From: Candidatus Eiseniibacteriota bacterium
GTDB taxonomy: Bacteria; Eisenbacteria; RBG-16-71-46
Assembly (NCBI GenBank): GCA_038231135.1
Contig: JBBRLX010000009.1
Span: 54,222-118,221 of the forward strand
DNA: 64,000 nt
Direction: 5' to 3'
Below, in pieces: positions 27,881-37,219 of this stretch (within the stretch, counting starts at the first letter, position 1; each line of letters opens with the position of its first letter). The notes below the pieces were generated by a model that had not been told where the DNA came from, searched no databases, and saw nothing but the letters and a program-made list of their open reading frames with translations. Both the position numbers and the translations under genes were made by a program.

Positions 27881-30800
27881 ATGACGACTCCACTACCTCA
27901 CGGCTCGATCCGCTCCTCGCTCGCCCGGCGCCATGCGGCGCTACGGCGGGCGCTTGCACTGCGGCTGTCGCTGCGCGCCGCCGCGGCGTGCGCCGCCGTG
28001 ATCACGCTGGCCGTGCTCGCGGGTGCGGCGATCGCCGGCGCCGGCATGGCCTGGGCGCGGCTCGGTTTGGTGGCGGCGGCCTGCGCCGCCTGCACGGCCT
28101 GGGCGGTGCGCAGATTCCTGCGCGAGGCGCCGGCGTTCGACGCCTATCTCGAGCGCGTCGAACAGCGGTTCCCCGACGTGCGGTCGTGGGTGCGCAATGC
28201 CGTCGACTTCGCGTCGCCACGCCCGACGCCCGGCACCTCGGCGGAGCTGGCGGACGCGGTCACGCGCGAGACCGTGCGCAAGCTCGACGGGCTGCCGATC
28301 GAATCGCTGGCGCCGCGGCTCGCGCCCGCGCGGCCGGCCGGCGCGATGGCGCTCGGGCTCGTGGTGCTGATCGCCGCCGTATGGCTCGCGCCGCAGGCGA
28401 TCCAGCGTTCGTGGGCCACGCTGTGGAATCCCGCCGCCGCGACGCCGCCGATCGCGATCACCGTCGAACCGGGCTCGGTGAAGATCACGCCGGGCGCCTC
28501 GCTCGCGGTCTACGCCCACGTCACCGGCACCACCCACGCCCCGCGCCTGCTGCGTTCGGGCGAGCGGCCGGTCGACGGCGTGGCCGACGGCCGCACCGGC
28601 GATTCGCGGCTGTGGCGGTTCGACCTGGTGCAGCTCACGCGGGCGCAGGACTACCGGGTGCGGGTCCTTTCGGCGCAGAGCCCGGCCTATCACATCTCGC
28701 TCGCGGGCGAGCCGCTGCCGGTCAGCTTCGAGATCGAATACCGCTCGCCGGCCTACGCGCGGCTGCCGGTGCAGAAGGGCTCGGCGCTGCGCGGCGACCT
28801 GAGCGCGCTGCGCGGCACGCGTGCGATGGTCGAGGTGACGTTCGATCGCGACCTGAGCCGGCTCGAGGCGGCGGTGCCGGGAACCGCGACCGCGGCGTGG
28901 CAGCCGCTCACGGCGCGGCGCTGGCGGGGCACGGTCACGCTCGACCGCGAGGGCGAGTACGCGCTGCACGCGGTCGCGAGCGCCGGCGAGGCGACCTACC
29001 GCTACCGCCTGCAACCACTCGCGGACGCCCCGCCGGTGATCGCGGTGCGCACGCCCGGCGGCGACGTCGATCTGCCCGCGGGCCAGCAGGTGCCGCTCGA
29101 GGTTCAGGGACAGGACGATCTCGGACTCAGCGAGTTGACGCTCGAGTACCGCAAGGACGCGGAGACGGCGTGGCGGCCGCTGCCGCTCGCCCAGTTCGGC
29201 GCCCATCCGCGCGAGGCGGAGGTGCGGTCGCGCTGGGACGCTTCGTCGCTGGGCCTGCTGCCCGGGCAGACGGCGACGTTCCGGTTCGTGCTGTACGACG
29301 ACAACGCCCTGGGCCGCGGCCGCGCGGAGAGCCCGGTGTTCGAGCTCAAGTTCCCGTCGCTGGCCGACCTCTACCAGCAAATCAACCAGACGCAGGGCAC
29401 CGTGCAGAAGACGCTCGAGAAGGTCGCGGACCAGGCCAAGGATCTGCAGAAGTCGCTCGACAAGCTGGCGCGCCAGCAGCCGCGCGCCGCCACCGAAACC
29501 AGCCCGGCGTTCGAGCGCAGCGAGGAGCTCAAGAGCAGCTTCGAACGCCAGCAGGATCTGGCGAAGCAGCTCGACCAGGCCGCCCAGCAGTTGAACGAGA
29601 GTGTGAGCAAGGCCGAGGAGCGGCACGCGTTCGACGACGAGCTGCAGCGCAAGCTGCGCGAGATGTCGGAGCTGATGCAGCAGATCCAGTCCAAGGACTT
29701 CAAGGACGCGCTCGACCGCATGCAGCAGGCGATGGAGAAGCTCGACAAACAGGCGCTCGAGAGCCAGTTGCCGCAGTGGAAGCAGGACAACCGCGACATG
29801 CTGAAGAATCTCGAGCGCACGATGGACCTGCTGAAGAAGCTCCGCGAGGAGGAGAAGCTCGACGCACTGGCGAAGCGGGCGGACGAGCTCAAGGCGAAGC
29901 AGGACGAGCTCAATCAGCAGCACGCGGCGCACGAGCAGCAGGAGACCTCCGGCAAGGCGCCGAAGTCCGACGCGCAGTCCAAGACCGCGGAGCAGCAGGA
30001 GCAGGCGGCGAAGAACACCGAACAGCTCGCGAGCGATCTCAAGGACCTTGCGAAATCGCAGCAGAGCGAGGCCCAGCAGCAGCAGCAGATGGCGCAGGTG
30101 TCGGAGCAGCTCCAGCAACAGGCCGCGAACCCGCAGCACGATGCCGCGCACTCGGCGCAGCAAAAGCAGAGCGGCAACGCAAAACAGAGCGGCCAGAAGG
30201 CGAGCGAAGGCCTGAAAAACGCGTCGGAGGCGCTGCAGCAGATGGCGCAGCAGAGCCAGCAGCAGCAGCAGGGCGCGGACCTCGCGGCGGTGCGGCGCGC
30301 CGCGCAGGACCTGGTGTCGCTGCAGCGCCAGAGCGAGGGCAGCCTCGAGCCCGGGCACCCGAACGACGAGCGCGCAAACCAGCAGACCGATCTGTCCGAG
30401 GGCGTCGCGCGGGTCGCGGACTCGCTGGGCGTGCTCGGCCAGCACACGCCGTTCCTGAGCCAGAAGCTCACCCAGTCGCTGGGCCGCGCGATGAACAGCC
30501 TGTCCCAGTCCGGCAAGGATCTCGGCACCGGCAATCGTGCCCGCGGCGAACAACTGGGCCACGACGGCAGCACCGCGCTCAACGAATCGATCCTCGAGCT
30601 GCGCGCGTCGGAGGCCTCGATGTGCAAGCAGCCCGGCCAGGGCCAGGGGCAGCAGCCGGGCATGAGCCAGCGGATGTCGGCGTTGGGCCAGCAGCAGTCG
30701 CAGCTCAACGAGCGCTCGAAGAACCTGGCGCAGCGGCTGTCGCAGCAACTGCGGATCTCGACCGGCGACCAGGCCGAGCTGCAACGGATGGCACAGGAGC

Positions 30801-31204
30801 AGTCGAGGCTGCGCGAGCAGCTCGGACAGATCCAGAAGGACGACCAGGCGCGCCAGAAGCTGCTGGGCCGCCTCGACGCCGCGCAGAAGGACATGCAGGA
30901 CGTCGAGGAGGCGCTGCGCCAGGGCAACACCGGCGGGGATCTCGAGGACAAGCAGACGCGCATCCTGTCGCGGCTGCTCGACGCGAACCGGTCGGTGAAC
31001 CGGCGCGACTTCGATCCGCAGCGCGAATCGCGGCCGGGCCAGGAGCTGTCCGTGCGGTCGGCCGCCGAGATCCCGGCGGATCTGCTGCACGAGACGGATC
31101 ACCTGCGACTCGACCTGCTGAAGGCGGATGCCGATCGCTACCCGGCCCAGTACCGCGCGTTCATCGAGGCCTACCTCAAGTCGCTGAACGGCCCGCGGCG
31201 ATGA
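27881..31204 (+). CDS. DUF4175-like membrane protein with Ig-like domains and a long Gln-rich coiled coil
   Basis: N-terminal TMs, DAPPVI...DDLGL motif, Q-rich helices, terminal YPAQYRAFIEAYLKSL. Confidence 0.75.
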   Translation: MTTPLPHGSIRSSLARRHAALRRALALRLSLRAAAACAAVITLAVLAGAAIAGAGMAWARLGLVAAACAACTAWAVRRFLREAPAFDAYLERVEQRFPDVRSWVRNAVDFASPRPTPGTSAELADAVTRETVRKLDGLPIESLAPRLAPARPAGAMALGLVVLIAAVWLAPQAIQRSWATLWNPAAATPPIAITVEPGSVKITPGASLAVYAHVTGTTHAPRLLRSGERPVDGVADGRTGDSRLWRFDLVQLTRAQDYRVRVLSAQSPAYHISLAGEPLPVSFEIEYRSPAYARLPVQKGSALRGDLSALRGTRAMVEVTFDRDLSRLEAAVPGTATAAWQPLTARRWRGTVTLDREGEYALHAVASAGEATYRYRLQPLADAPPVIAVRTPGGDVDLPAGQQVPLEVQGQDDLGLSELTLEYRKDAETAWRPLPLAQFGAHPREAEVRSRWDASSLGLLPGQTATFRFVLYDDNALGRGRAESPVFELKFPSLADLYQQINQTQGTVQKTLEKVADQAKDLQKSLDKLARQQPRAATETSPAFERSEELKSSFERQQDLAKQLDQAAQQLNESVSKAEERHAFDDELQRKLREMSELMQQIQSKDFKDALDRMQQAMEKLDKQALESQLPQWKQDNRDMLKNLERTMDLLKKLREEEKLDALAKRADELKAKQDELNQQHAAHEQQETSGKAPKSDAQSKTAEQQEQAAKNTEQLASDLKDLAKSQQSEAQQQQQMAQVSEQLQQQAANPQHDAAHSAQQKQSGNAKQSGQKASEGLKNASEALQQMAQQSQQQQQGADLAAVRRAAQDLVSLQRQSEGSLEPGHPNDERANQQTDLSEGVARVADSLGVLGQHTPFLSQKLTQSLGRAMNSLSQSGKDLGTGNRARGEQLGHDGSTALNESILELRASEASMCKQPGQGQGQQPGMSQRMSALGQQQSQLNERSKNLAQRLSQQLRISTGDQAELQRMAQEQSRLREQLGQIQKDDQARQKLLGRLDAAQKDMQDVEEALRQGNTGGDLEDKQTRILSRLLDANRSVNRRDFDPQRESRPGQELSVRSAAEIPADLLHETDHLRLDLLKADADRYPAQYRAFIEAYLKSLNGPRR

Positions 31205-32895
31205 TCCGCCGCCGGTTCGCGATCGTGCCGCGGCTCGCGGGCCGCGTCGCGGCGCTGGCGCTGGCCTGCGCCGCCGCCACGGGCGTCGCGCGCGCCCAGA
31301 CCGGTCCGCCGCCCGGGGGTTCCCAGCTGCCGCCGCAGGTCCGGCCCAGCATCATGGTGCTGCGCGGAGACGCATTGCGCGCCCAGGCCGAGCGTCCGAT
31401 GCCGCCGATGACCGGCGCCCAGCTCGGGAAGCTGCGCGAGGCGCAGACGCTCCATCAGAACGGCATGTTCGACCGGGCACGCGACCAGTTGCTCGCGCTG
31501 TCGGCGGAGCTGCCGCATCATCCGATCGTGCTCGGCGAGCTGGCGCAGGTGTATCTCGACATGAAGAACTTCACCGCCGCCGAGCAGCTCGCGAAGGCCG
31601 AACGCAAGGCCGCCGGCGATTCGCTGGTGCTGGGCGTGGTGCTGGAGCTCGCCCAGGAGCGGCTCGGCCACACCCGCGACGCGGTGGCCACGGCGCTCGA
31701 GGTGTGGGTGTCGACACCCGACCAGGCCGAATGGGCGGCGTCGGCACTGCTGCGGCTCACGGCCGCGGACACGAAGGGTGTGCTCGAGACCGTGCGCCGC
31801 GCCGCCGCGAACAGCGGCGGCCGCGCCGATCTCGAACGCGGCCTCGCGATAATCGAGTGGCGCACCGGCGACGTCCCCGCGGCGCTGCAGGCGCTCGCGA
31901 TCGCCGATCGCAGCGGCCGCCAGCCGTCGTGGCGCTGGATGTTCGCCGACGAGCTGCTGAGCACCGGCAACGGCCGCGATTCGTCGGCGGCGGTCCAGGC
32001 GCTGGTGGCGCTGGCGGGGGATCCGTCGCGCGTGCCGCCCGAGCGGACACAGGCGGCCCGCCGCGCGTGGAACCTGGCCGAGCTGCGGAACGACCGCGCC
32101 GCGGTGGCGCCGCTCATGCAGAAGGCGCTCTCGGACCAGCCGCCCGGCCAGTGGGATTCGCACGTGCTGCTGGGCGTCGCGCGCGGACTGCGCGAGGCGG
32201 GCCGCACCAACGACTCGCGCGCGCTGCTGGCGGTGCACGGCGACGACCCCTCGGTGGTGCCGGGCGCCAATCTCGAACGCGCGCTCGCCGACCTGCGCGA
32301 CGGCCCGCCCGCGAAGGCGCTGCCGGCGCTGGCCGCCGCGTCGCAGGTGTCGACCGAGGCGCTGTTCCGGTATGCCGAGGCGTTGTTCTACGCGGGCATG
32401 GCCGACTCGGCGCTGACCCAGTACCAGTTGGTGGTGAAGCAGACCCAGAGTCCGTTCACCGGCGCCGCGTTCGAGCGGCTGTACCTGATCGAGGACGCCG
32501 ATCCCAAGGACGCGCTGCCGGCGTTCGGCCGGCTCGCCTACGAGACCTGGCGCGGCAATCGCGCGGCCGGCGCGACCGCTGAATCGCTGTATCGCGACCT
32601 GCCACGCGGGCCGCTGTGGGCGCAGGCCGCGCTGCTGCTGAGCGCGCGCCGCGAACAGGCGGGCGACGCGAAGGGCGCGCTCGGCGCCGCGCTCGCGGTG
32701 GCGGATTCGCTGCCCGACGACCGGCTGGCGTCGGCCGCACGCCAGCGCGCGGGCGATCTGTATCGCGTACAGTTCAAGGACGACGCGAAGGCGCTCGCCC
32801 AGTACGAGGAATGCCTGGCCCGCTACCCCAGGGCCTGGAACTCCGCCGAAGTGCGCCGCCGCGTGGAACTGATGCGGCGCGACAAGCGGTTCTGA
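31201..32895 (+). CDS. Secreted tetratricopeptide-repeat protein
   Basis: Signal peptide MIRRRF...ARA; TPR-like helices; C-terminal ALAQYEECLARYP; ATGA overlap with the upstream gene. Confidence 0.78.
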   Translation: MIRRRFAIVPRLAGRVAALALACAAATGVARAQTGPPPGGSQLPPQVRPSIMVLRGDALRAQAERPMPPMTGAQLGKLREAQTLHQNGMFDRARDQLLALSAELPHHPIVLGELAQVYLDMKNFTAAEQLAKAERKAAGDSLVLGVVLELAQERLGHTRDAVATALEVWVSTPDQAEWAASALLRLTAADTKGVLETVRRAAANSGGRADLERGLAIIEWRTGDVPAALQALAIADRSGRQPSWRWMFADELLSTGNGRDSSAAVQALVALAGDPSRVPPERTQAARRAWNLAELRNDRAAVAPLMQKALSDQPPGQWDSHVLLGVARGLREAGRTNDSRALLAVHGDDPSVVPGANLERALADLRDGPPAKALPALAAASQVSTEALFRYAEALFYAGMADSALTQYQLVVKQTQSPFTGAAFERLYLIEDADPKDALPAFGRLAYETWRGNRAAGATAESLYRDLPRGPLWAQAALLLSARREQAGDAKGALGAALAVADSLPDDRLASAARQRAGDLYRVQFKDDAKALAQYEECLARYPRAWNSAEVRRRVELMRRDKRF

Positions 32896-32935
32896 TGACA
32901 CTCATGCACGCGGCCGCTGGGAGAACCGGTACCCG

Positions 32936-34642
32936 ATGACGAACTTCAACGGCAGCTTCGGAGGCCAGGACCCGCGGTGGGGCGGCCCGTTCGGTCGCAC
33001 GCTGCACGGTGCGCGACACCCGTTCCGGGCTCACGCCCGGTCGCTGCGCGGGTGGAACCCGGTCGCCGTGGTCGGCACCATCCTGGGACTCGTGGCGTTC
33101 GCGCTCGTGGCGGCCGTCACGCTGGGGATCGCGCTGCTGTTCACGCGCGGCCGCATCCGGGTGCAGCGCGGCTCGTTCGGCGGGCCGCTGGGCGGGCCGC
33201 CGTTCGGCGGCGCGGGCGGCGCCGGCCGGATGCACGACGCGCGCGACCACGGTTCCGGCGCCGTGCGCGCCGACGCGGCTCGGGACCCGGCCGGCGCGGC
33301 CGGCGCGGACACCGCGGCGGGATCGGACCGGAAACCGGACGAGCCCGGCGACCGGCGGTCGTACGCCGAGATCGTGGAGGCACTGCCGATCGTGTTCGCG
33401 GCCGCGCTGATGCTCGGCGCCGCGGGCTTCGCGCCCGCGCCCGCGCACGCCAAGCTGCTCGTCCCCATGGACGACAAGCAGACCGATCACCTGAAAGCGT
33501 ACGGCCTCACCTACTGGGTGCTGAATCGCGGCGCCAAGGCCGAATGGCTGCTCAACTATCGCGGCGGGTCGTTCCTGCTGCCGGACGACCCCGACACGCA
33601 GCGCGAGGCGAACATCCGCGGCGTCGCGACCGAGACGATCGGCACCGCCGACGAATCCGCGATCAAGGCGGAGATCGCCGACAACAACATGGAGTCGGTA
33701 AACCTCGAGAAGGCGCCCAGGGTGGCCGTGTACATCCCGCCCAACACGCCGCCGTGGGACGACGCCGTCACGCTGGCGCTCAAGTACGCGGACATTCCCT
33801 ACGCGACCGTGTGGGACGAGGAGGTGATCCGCGGCGATCTGTCGAAGTACGACTGGCTGCACCTGCACCACGAGGACTTCACGGCGCAGCACGGCAAGTT
33901 CTACGCCGCGTATCACTCGTTCCCCTGGTACCAGGAGGAGGAGCGCGTGCAGACCGACATGGCGAAGAAGCTCGGATTCCCCAAGGCCAGCGCGCTCAAG
34001 GCCGCCGTGGCGCTCACGATCAAGGACTTCATCGGCCGTGGCGGATTCATGTTCGGCATGTGCTCGGCGACCGACACCTACGACATCGCGCTCGCCGCCG
34101 CCGGCGTGGACATCTCGGACGTCGTCTACGACGGCGATCCGCCGGATCCGGCCGCGAACCGCAAGCTCGACTTCTCGCGCACGCTGGCGTTCAAGGACTT
34201 CCGCCTCGAGATGGACCCGTTCGTCTACAAGTTCTCGGACATCGACGTCACGCAGGAGGCCTCGCTGCGCGGCCCGAACACGTTCTTCACGCTGTTCGAT
34301 TTCTCCGCCAAGAACGACCCCGTGCCGACGATGCTGATCCAGGACCACGTGAACGCCGTGGCGGAGTTCCTCGGCCAGACCACCGGATTCCACCGTCGCA
34401 ATATCAAGAGCGGCGTGCTGGTGCTGGGCGAGGTCGAGGGCACGGACGAGGTGAAGTACCTGCACGGCCAGTTCGGTCGCGGCACGTTCACGTTCCTCGG
34501 CGGCCACGACCCCGAGGACTACCAGCACATGGTCGGCGACCCTCCGACCGAGTTGTCGCGCTTCAAGCACTCCCCCGGCTACCGGCTGATCCTCAACAAC
34601 GTGCTGTTCCCGGCGGCGGAGAAGAAAAAGCAGCGGACGTAG
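32936..34642 (+). CDS. Conserved exported protein of the family often labelled asparagine synthetase B in FCB bacteria (class I glutamine-amidotransferase-like); true function unknown
   Basis: LLVPMDDKQTDHLKAYG, WLLNYRGGSF, PWDDAVTL, WLHLHHEDFT, MCSATD, GHDPEDYQH, YRLILNNVLFP. Confidence 0.72.
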   Translation: MTNFNGSFGGQDPRWGGPFGRTLHGARHPFRAHARSLRGWNPVAVVGTILGLVAFALVAAVTLGIALLFTRGRIRVQRGSFGGPLGGPPFGGAGGAGRMHDARDHGSGAVRADAARDPAGAAGADTAAGSDRKPDEPGDRRSYAEIVEALPIVFAAALMLGAAGFAPAPAHAKLLVPMDDKQTDHLKAYGLTYWVLNRGAKAEWLLNYRGGSFLLPDDPDTQREANIRGVATETIGTADESAIKAEIADNNMESVNLEKAPRVAVYIPPNTPPWDDAVTLALKYADIPYATVWDEEVIRGDLSKYDWLHLHHEDFTAQHGKFYAAYHSFPWYQEEERVQTDMAKKLGFPKASALKAAVALTIKDFIGRGGFMFGMCSATDTYDIALAAAGVDISDVVYDGDPPDPAANRKLDFSRTLAFKDFRLEMDPFVYKFSDIDVTQEASLRGPNTFFTLFDFSAKNDPVPTMLIQDHVNAVAEFLGQTTGFHRRNIKSGVLVLGEVEGTDEVKYLHGQFGRGTFTFLGGHDPEDYQHMVGDPPTELSRFKHSPGYRLILNNVLFPAAEKKKQRT

Positions 34643-34683
34643 CCGACGCTTTCACGCGGGGAGCGAAGGGGTTCAGGCCCCGA

Positions 34684-34713
34684 TTGGATCGCGCATCCCG
34701 CGCCCGGTAGGAT
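34684..34713 (+). promoter_or_regulatory. Putative sigma70 promoter, leaderless
   Basis: TTGGAT-N18-TAGGAT-N7-ATG(34721). Confidence 0.45.
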
Positions 34714-34720
34714 CACGGCC

Positions 34721-35497
34721 ATGACGATCCCGCCGCCCTCCAGCCATCCTCCGGAACGCGCACCCGCCCCGCCCCCCGCTCCTGCATGGCAACCGCTCGA
34801 ATCCATTCAGCGGCGCGTGCTGGGCGTGCTGATCGAGAAGGCCAAGACCACGCCGGCCGCCTATCCCTTGACGCTCAACAGCGTGGTCACCGGCTGCAAT
34901 CAGAAGAGCAACCGCGAGCCGGTGATGGAGCTGGACGACGGCGAGGTGGAACGCGCGATCGACCAGCTGCGCGCGCTGGGCGTGGTGACCGACGTGTACG
35001 ACAGCGGCCGCGTCACCAAGTATCGCCATCACGGCTACGTGTGGCTGGGAGTCGACAAGGCCGAGATCGCGGTGATGACGGAGCTGCTGCTGCGCGGCGA
35101 GCAGTCGCTGGGCGACCTGCGGGTGCGCGCGGCGCGCATGGAGCCGATTCCGGATCTGTCCGCGCTCAAACCGCTCGTCGCGGCGCTGCTCGCGCGCGGG
35201 CTGATGGTCGAACTCACGCCTCCCGGGCGCGGGCAGATCGTCAGTCATGGACTCTATCCGGAGTACGAGATGTCGCAGTTGCGGGCCCGCCACGCCGGGC
35301 CGACATCGGCGGCCGCCGAGCGCGCGGGACACGGGGCGCACGTGTCGGTGGCACCCTCGCATGCGGCCGAGCGGGGCGCGGCGCCGGATCGGTTCGGAGC
35401 TCTGTCCGCGGAGATCGCTGAGCTGCGCGCCGAGGTCGCCCGGCTGGAGGAGCGCGTTCGGGAGTTGGAGCGGGAACGGGGCGCGGAGCACTCCTGA
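34721..35497 (+). CDS. YceH/DUF480 family protein
   Basis: RVLGVLIEKAKTTPAAYPLTLN...CNQKSNREPVM, LLLRGEQS. Confidence 0.9.
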   Translation: MTIPPPSSHPPERAPAPPPAPAWQPLESIQRRVLGVLIEKAKTTPAAYPLTLNSVVTGCNQKSNREPVMELDDGEVERAIDQLRALGVVTDVYDSGRVTKYRHHGYVWLGVDKAEIAVMTELLLRGEQSLGDLRVRAARMEPIPDLSALKPLVAALLARGLMVELTPPGRGQIVSHGLYPEYEMSQLRARHAGPTSAAAERAGHGAHVSVAPSHAAERGAAPDRFGALSAEIAELRAEVARLEERVRELERERGAEHS

Positions 35498-35534
35498 TCG
35501 AGAGCATTCCCGTCCCGGATTGAGTCGGCATCGA

Positions 35535-35572
35535 GCGGACGACCCCGGGGACACTCCCCCGGGGTCGTCCGC
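35535..35572. terminator. Strong hairpin between convergent genes
   Basis: GCGGACGACCCCGGGG-ACACTC-CCCCGGGGTCGTCCGC. Confidence 0.7.
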
Positions 35573-35598
35573 GTTCCATCCAATCGTATTCGCCGCTG

Positions 35599-36462
35599 TC
35601 AGGCGGCGGTCATGATCACCAGATGCTTCACCTTGCGGAACTCGACGGGGTCGAGGATGTGGATCTCGGCCACGTTGCCTTCCTGTTTGATCTCGTAACT
35701 CGACACGGGCTGGGCGCTCAGCACCCGGACCTTCGTGCCGGGCGCGCGGACCACGGTCTCCTGGTCGGTGTTCAGCGGAGTGAACTTGCTCTCGTCGAGC
35801 CGGCCGGTGAGCAGCAGGGTCTTGCCGAGGCCGAGCACGCCGCCCTTGGCGGTGATCACGCCCGACTGCGACAGGTCCTTCTTCGTCCCGACGATGTAGT
35901 AGATGGTTCCGAGCTCACGCTGCTTGTCGTCGATCACCTGGTTCTTCGCGAGGATCGTGTCCTGCGCCTCGTGCACCGTGGTCTCGAGACCGGCCACCTG
36001 GGTCTGCAGCGAATCCACGCGGGTCGTGAGCGCCGCGACCTCCTGCTCCTTCTCGGCCAGAATCTGCTTCTGGTTGGCGAGCAGCCTGCTGAGACCCCGG
36101 ACCTGCACGCCCTTCTTGCCGAGCTGGCTCTCGAGCTGACCGATGCGCTCCTTGGTCCGCTGAATGCTCGTGTTCATGCGCGAAATGCTGGCCAGCACCT
36201 GTTCACGATTGGGCTGCGTCAGCCGCTCGCTCTGCTGCTCGAGCCGGACATTGTCGTCCTTCACGGAAATGGCGTTGAGGCTGTCCTGGATCTCGGCGAT
36301 CGAGTTGAACGCGTCGGCGTAGTTGGTGCGCGCCGTCACCTCGGCCTGCTGGGTCTCGGTGAGCGCTGCGGTGGTCTGCTGGTTCTGCTGGTACAGGTAT
36401 GCCGTGGCGCCAATCAGCAAAACGACGGCGGCGATGAACGAGATCAGCATGGGTTTGCGCAT
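35599..36462 (-). CDS. Membrane-anchored coiled-coil protein (Cbp1-like family)
   Basis: N-terminal TM, long coiled coil, YYIVGTKKDL...GGVLGLG, C-terminal ILDPVEF...HLVI; AAAGGAG RBS. Confidence 0.7.
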   Translation of the reverse strand: MRKPMLISFIAAVVLLIGATAYLYQQNQQTTAALTETQQAEVTARTNYADAFNSIAEIQDSLNAISVKDDNVRLEQQSERLTQPNREQVLASISRMNTSIQRTKERIGQLESQLGKKGVQVRGLSRLLANQKQILAEKEQEVAALTTRVDSLQTQVAGLETTVHEAQDTILAKNQVIDDKQRELGTIYYIVGTKKDLSQSGVITAKGGVLGLGKTLLLTGRLDESKFTPLNTDQETVVRAPGTKVRVLSAQPVSSYEIKQEGNVAEIHILDPVEFRKVKHLVIMTAA

Positions 36463-36732
36463 CCGGTGGTCTCCTTTGTCTGGCAGGTTGCGATCGTGCA
36501 GCCGGCGAACGAACTCCCATTGGGGTCCCTTCATGATGGACGGTTGAACCCCGCGGATGTCCTCACCGCTCCCGAATGGCGCCAACTTTTGCATTTTCGT
36601 GAACGGCGGGGAAGTCTGCGTTTTCGCCTCCGCGAGGCCGGAACGATCCTCGCAAGATGCGGCGCTCTGTATGTTCCGCCCGCCTAAACTCCCGGCTGCA
36701 TGTTGCCGACAACGCCGGGGGAGGTCTCCACT

Positions 36733-37185
36733 TTGATCACTGATCCTTCGCCCGGCCTCGAGCCGGTCCCGAGCCCGGTCCGTCCACCGACGGTCGCGAG
36801 CCCGGGTCGACGTGTGTTCCACACCCTGATCGCGGTCGCCGGCTGGGCGGTATTCGCGTGGTGGTGGTGGATCGTGCTCCACCGCGTCGGCCGGTCCGAG
36901 ATGCGGTTCACCGGGCTGTTCATCCTCGTGTCGCTCGTGGTGTGTGTCGCCGTCACGGGCCTGTGGGTGATGCACAACCGCATGATCTTCCGGCGCAAGG
37001 GCGCCCGCACCGGGGTGCGTGATGCCAAGCTCGACTACTCCCATGATCCGCTGGGGCGCGCCGTCACGTTCGAGGTTCCCGAGCGCGCGCTGCGCAACTC
37101 TCCCATCGTGAGAATTTTGTTCGAACCGGACCGCAAGCGCTACCGACCCATGCGTCCTGACGCTCCACCCCCGCCGGCCGCCTGA
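36733..37185 (+). CDS. pgaD: PgaD-like small membrane protein
   Basis: Two TMs followed by LWVMHNRMIFR, similar to the PgaD WxxYN motif; GGAGG before TTG 36733; directly upstream of pgaC. Confidence 0.6.
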   Translation: MITDPSPGLEPVPSPVRPPTVASPGRRVFHTLIAVAGWAVFAWWWWIVLHRVGRSEMRFTGLFILVSLVVCVAVTGLWVMHNRMIFRRKGARTGVRDAKLDYSHDPLGRAVTFEVPERALRNSPIVRILFEPDRKRYRPMRPDAPPPPAA

Positions 37186-37219
37186 GTTCCGGCCCCACGC
37201 CGGGAAAGGATTCCTGACG

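Noticed and set aside
29350..30960. CAG-rich tract
   Set aside because: Gln-rich coiled coil typical of DUF4175-like proteins, not a mobile or contingency repeat.
32936..34642. True asparagine synthetase (asnB)
   Set aside because: No N-terminal Ntn Cys and no SGGLDS motif; the protein is exported, so the common label is probably a misannotation.
36577..36593. Sigma54-like TGGCGC...TTGCA upstream of pgaD
   Set aside because: GG-to-GC spacing is 11 nt rather than the required 10.
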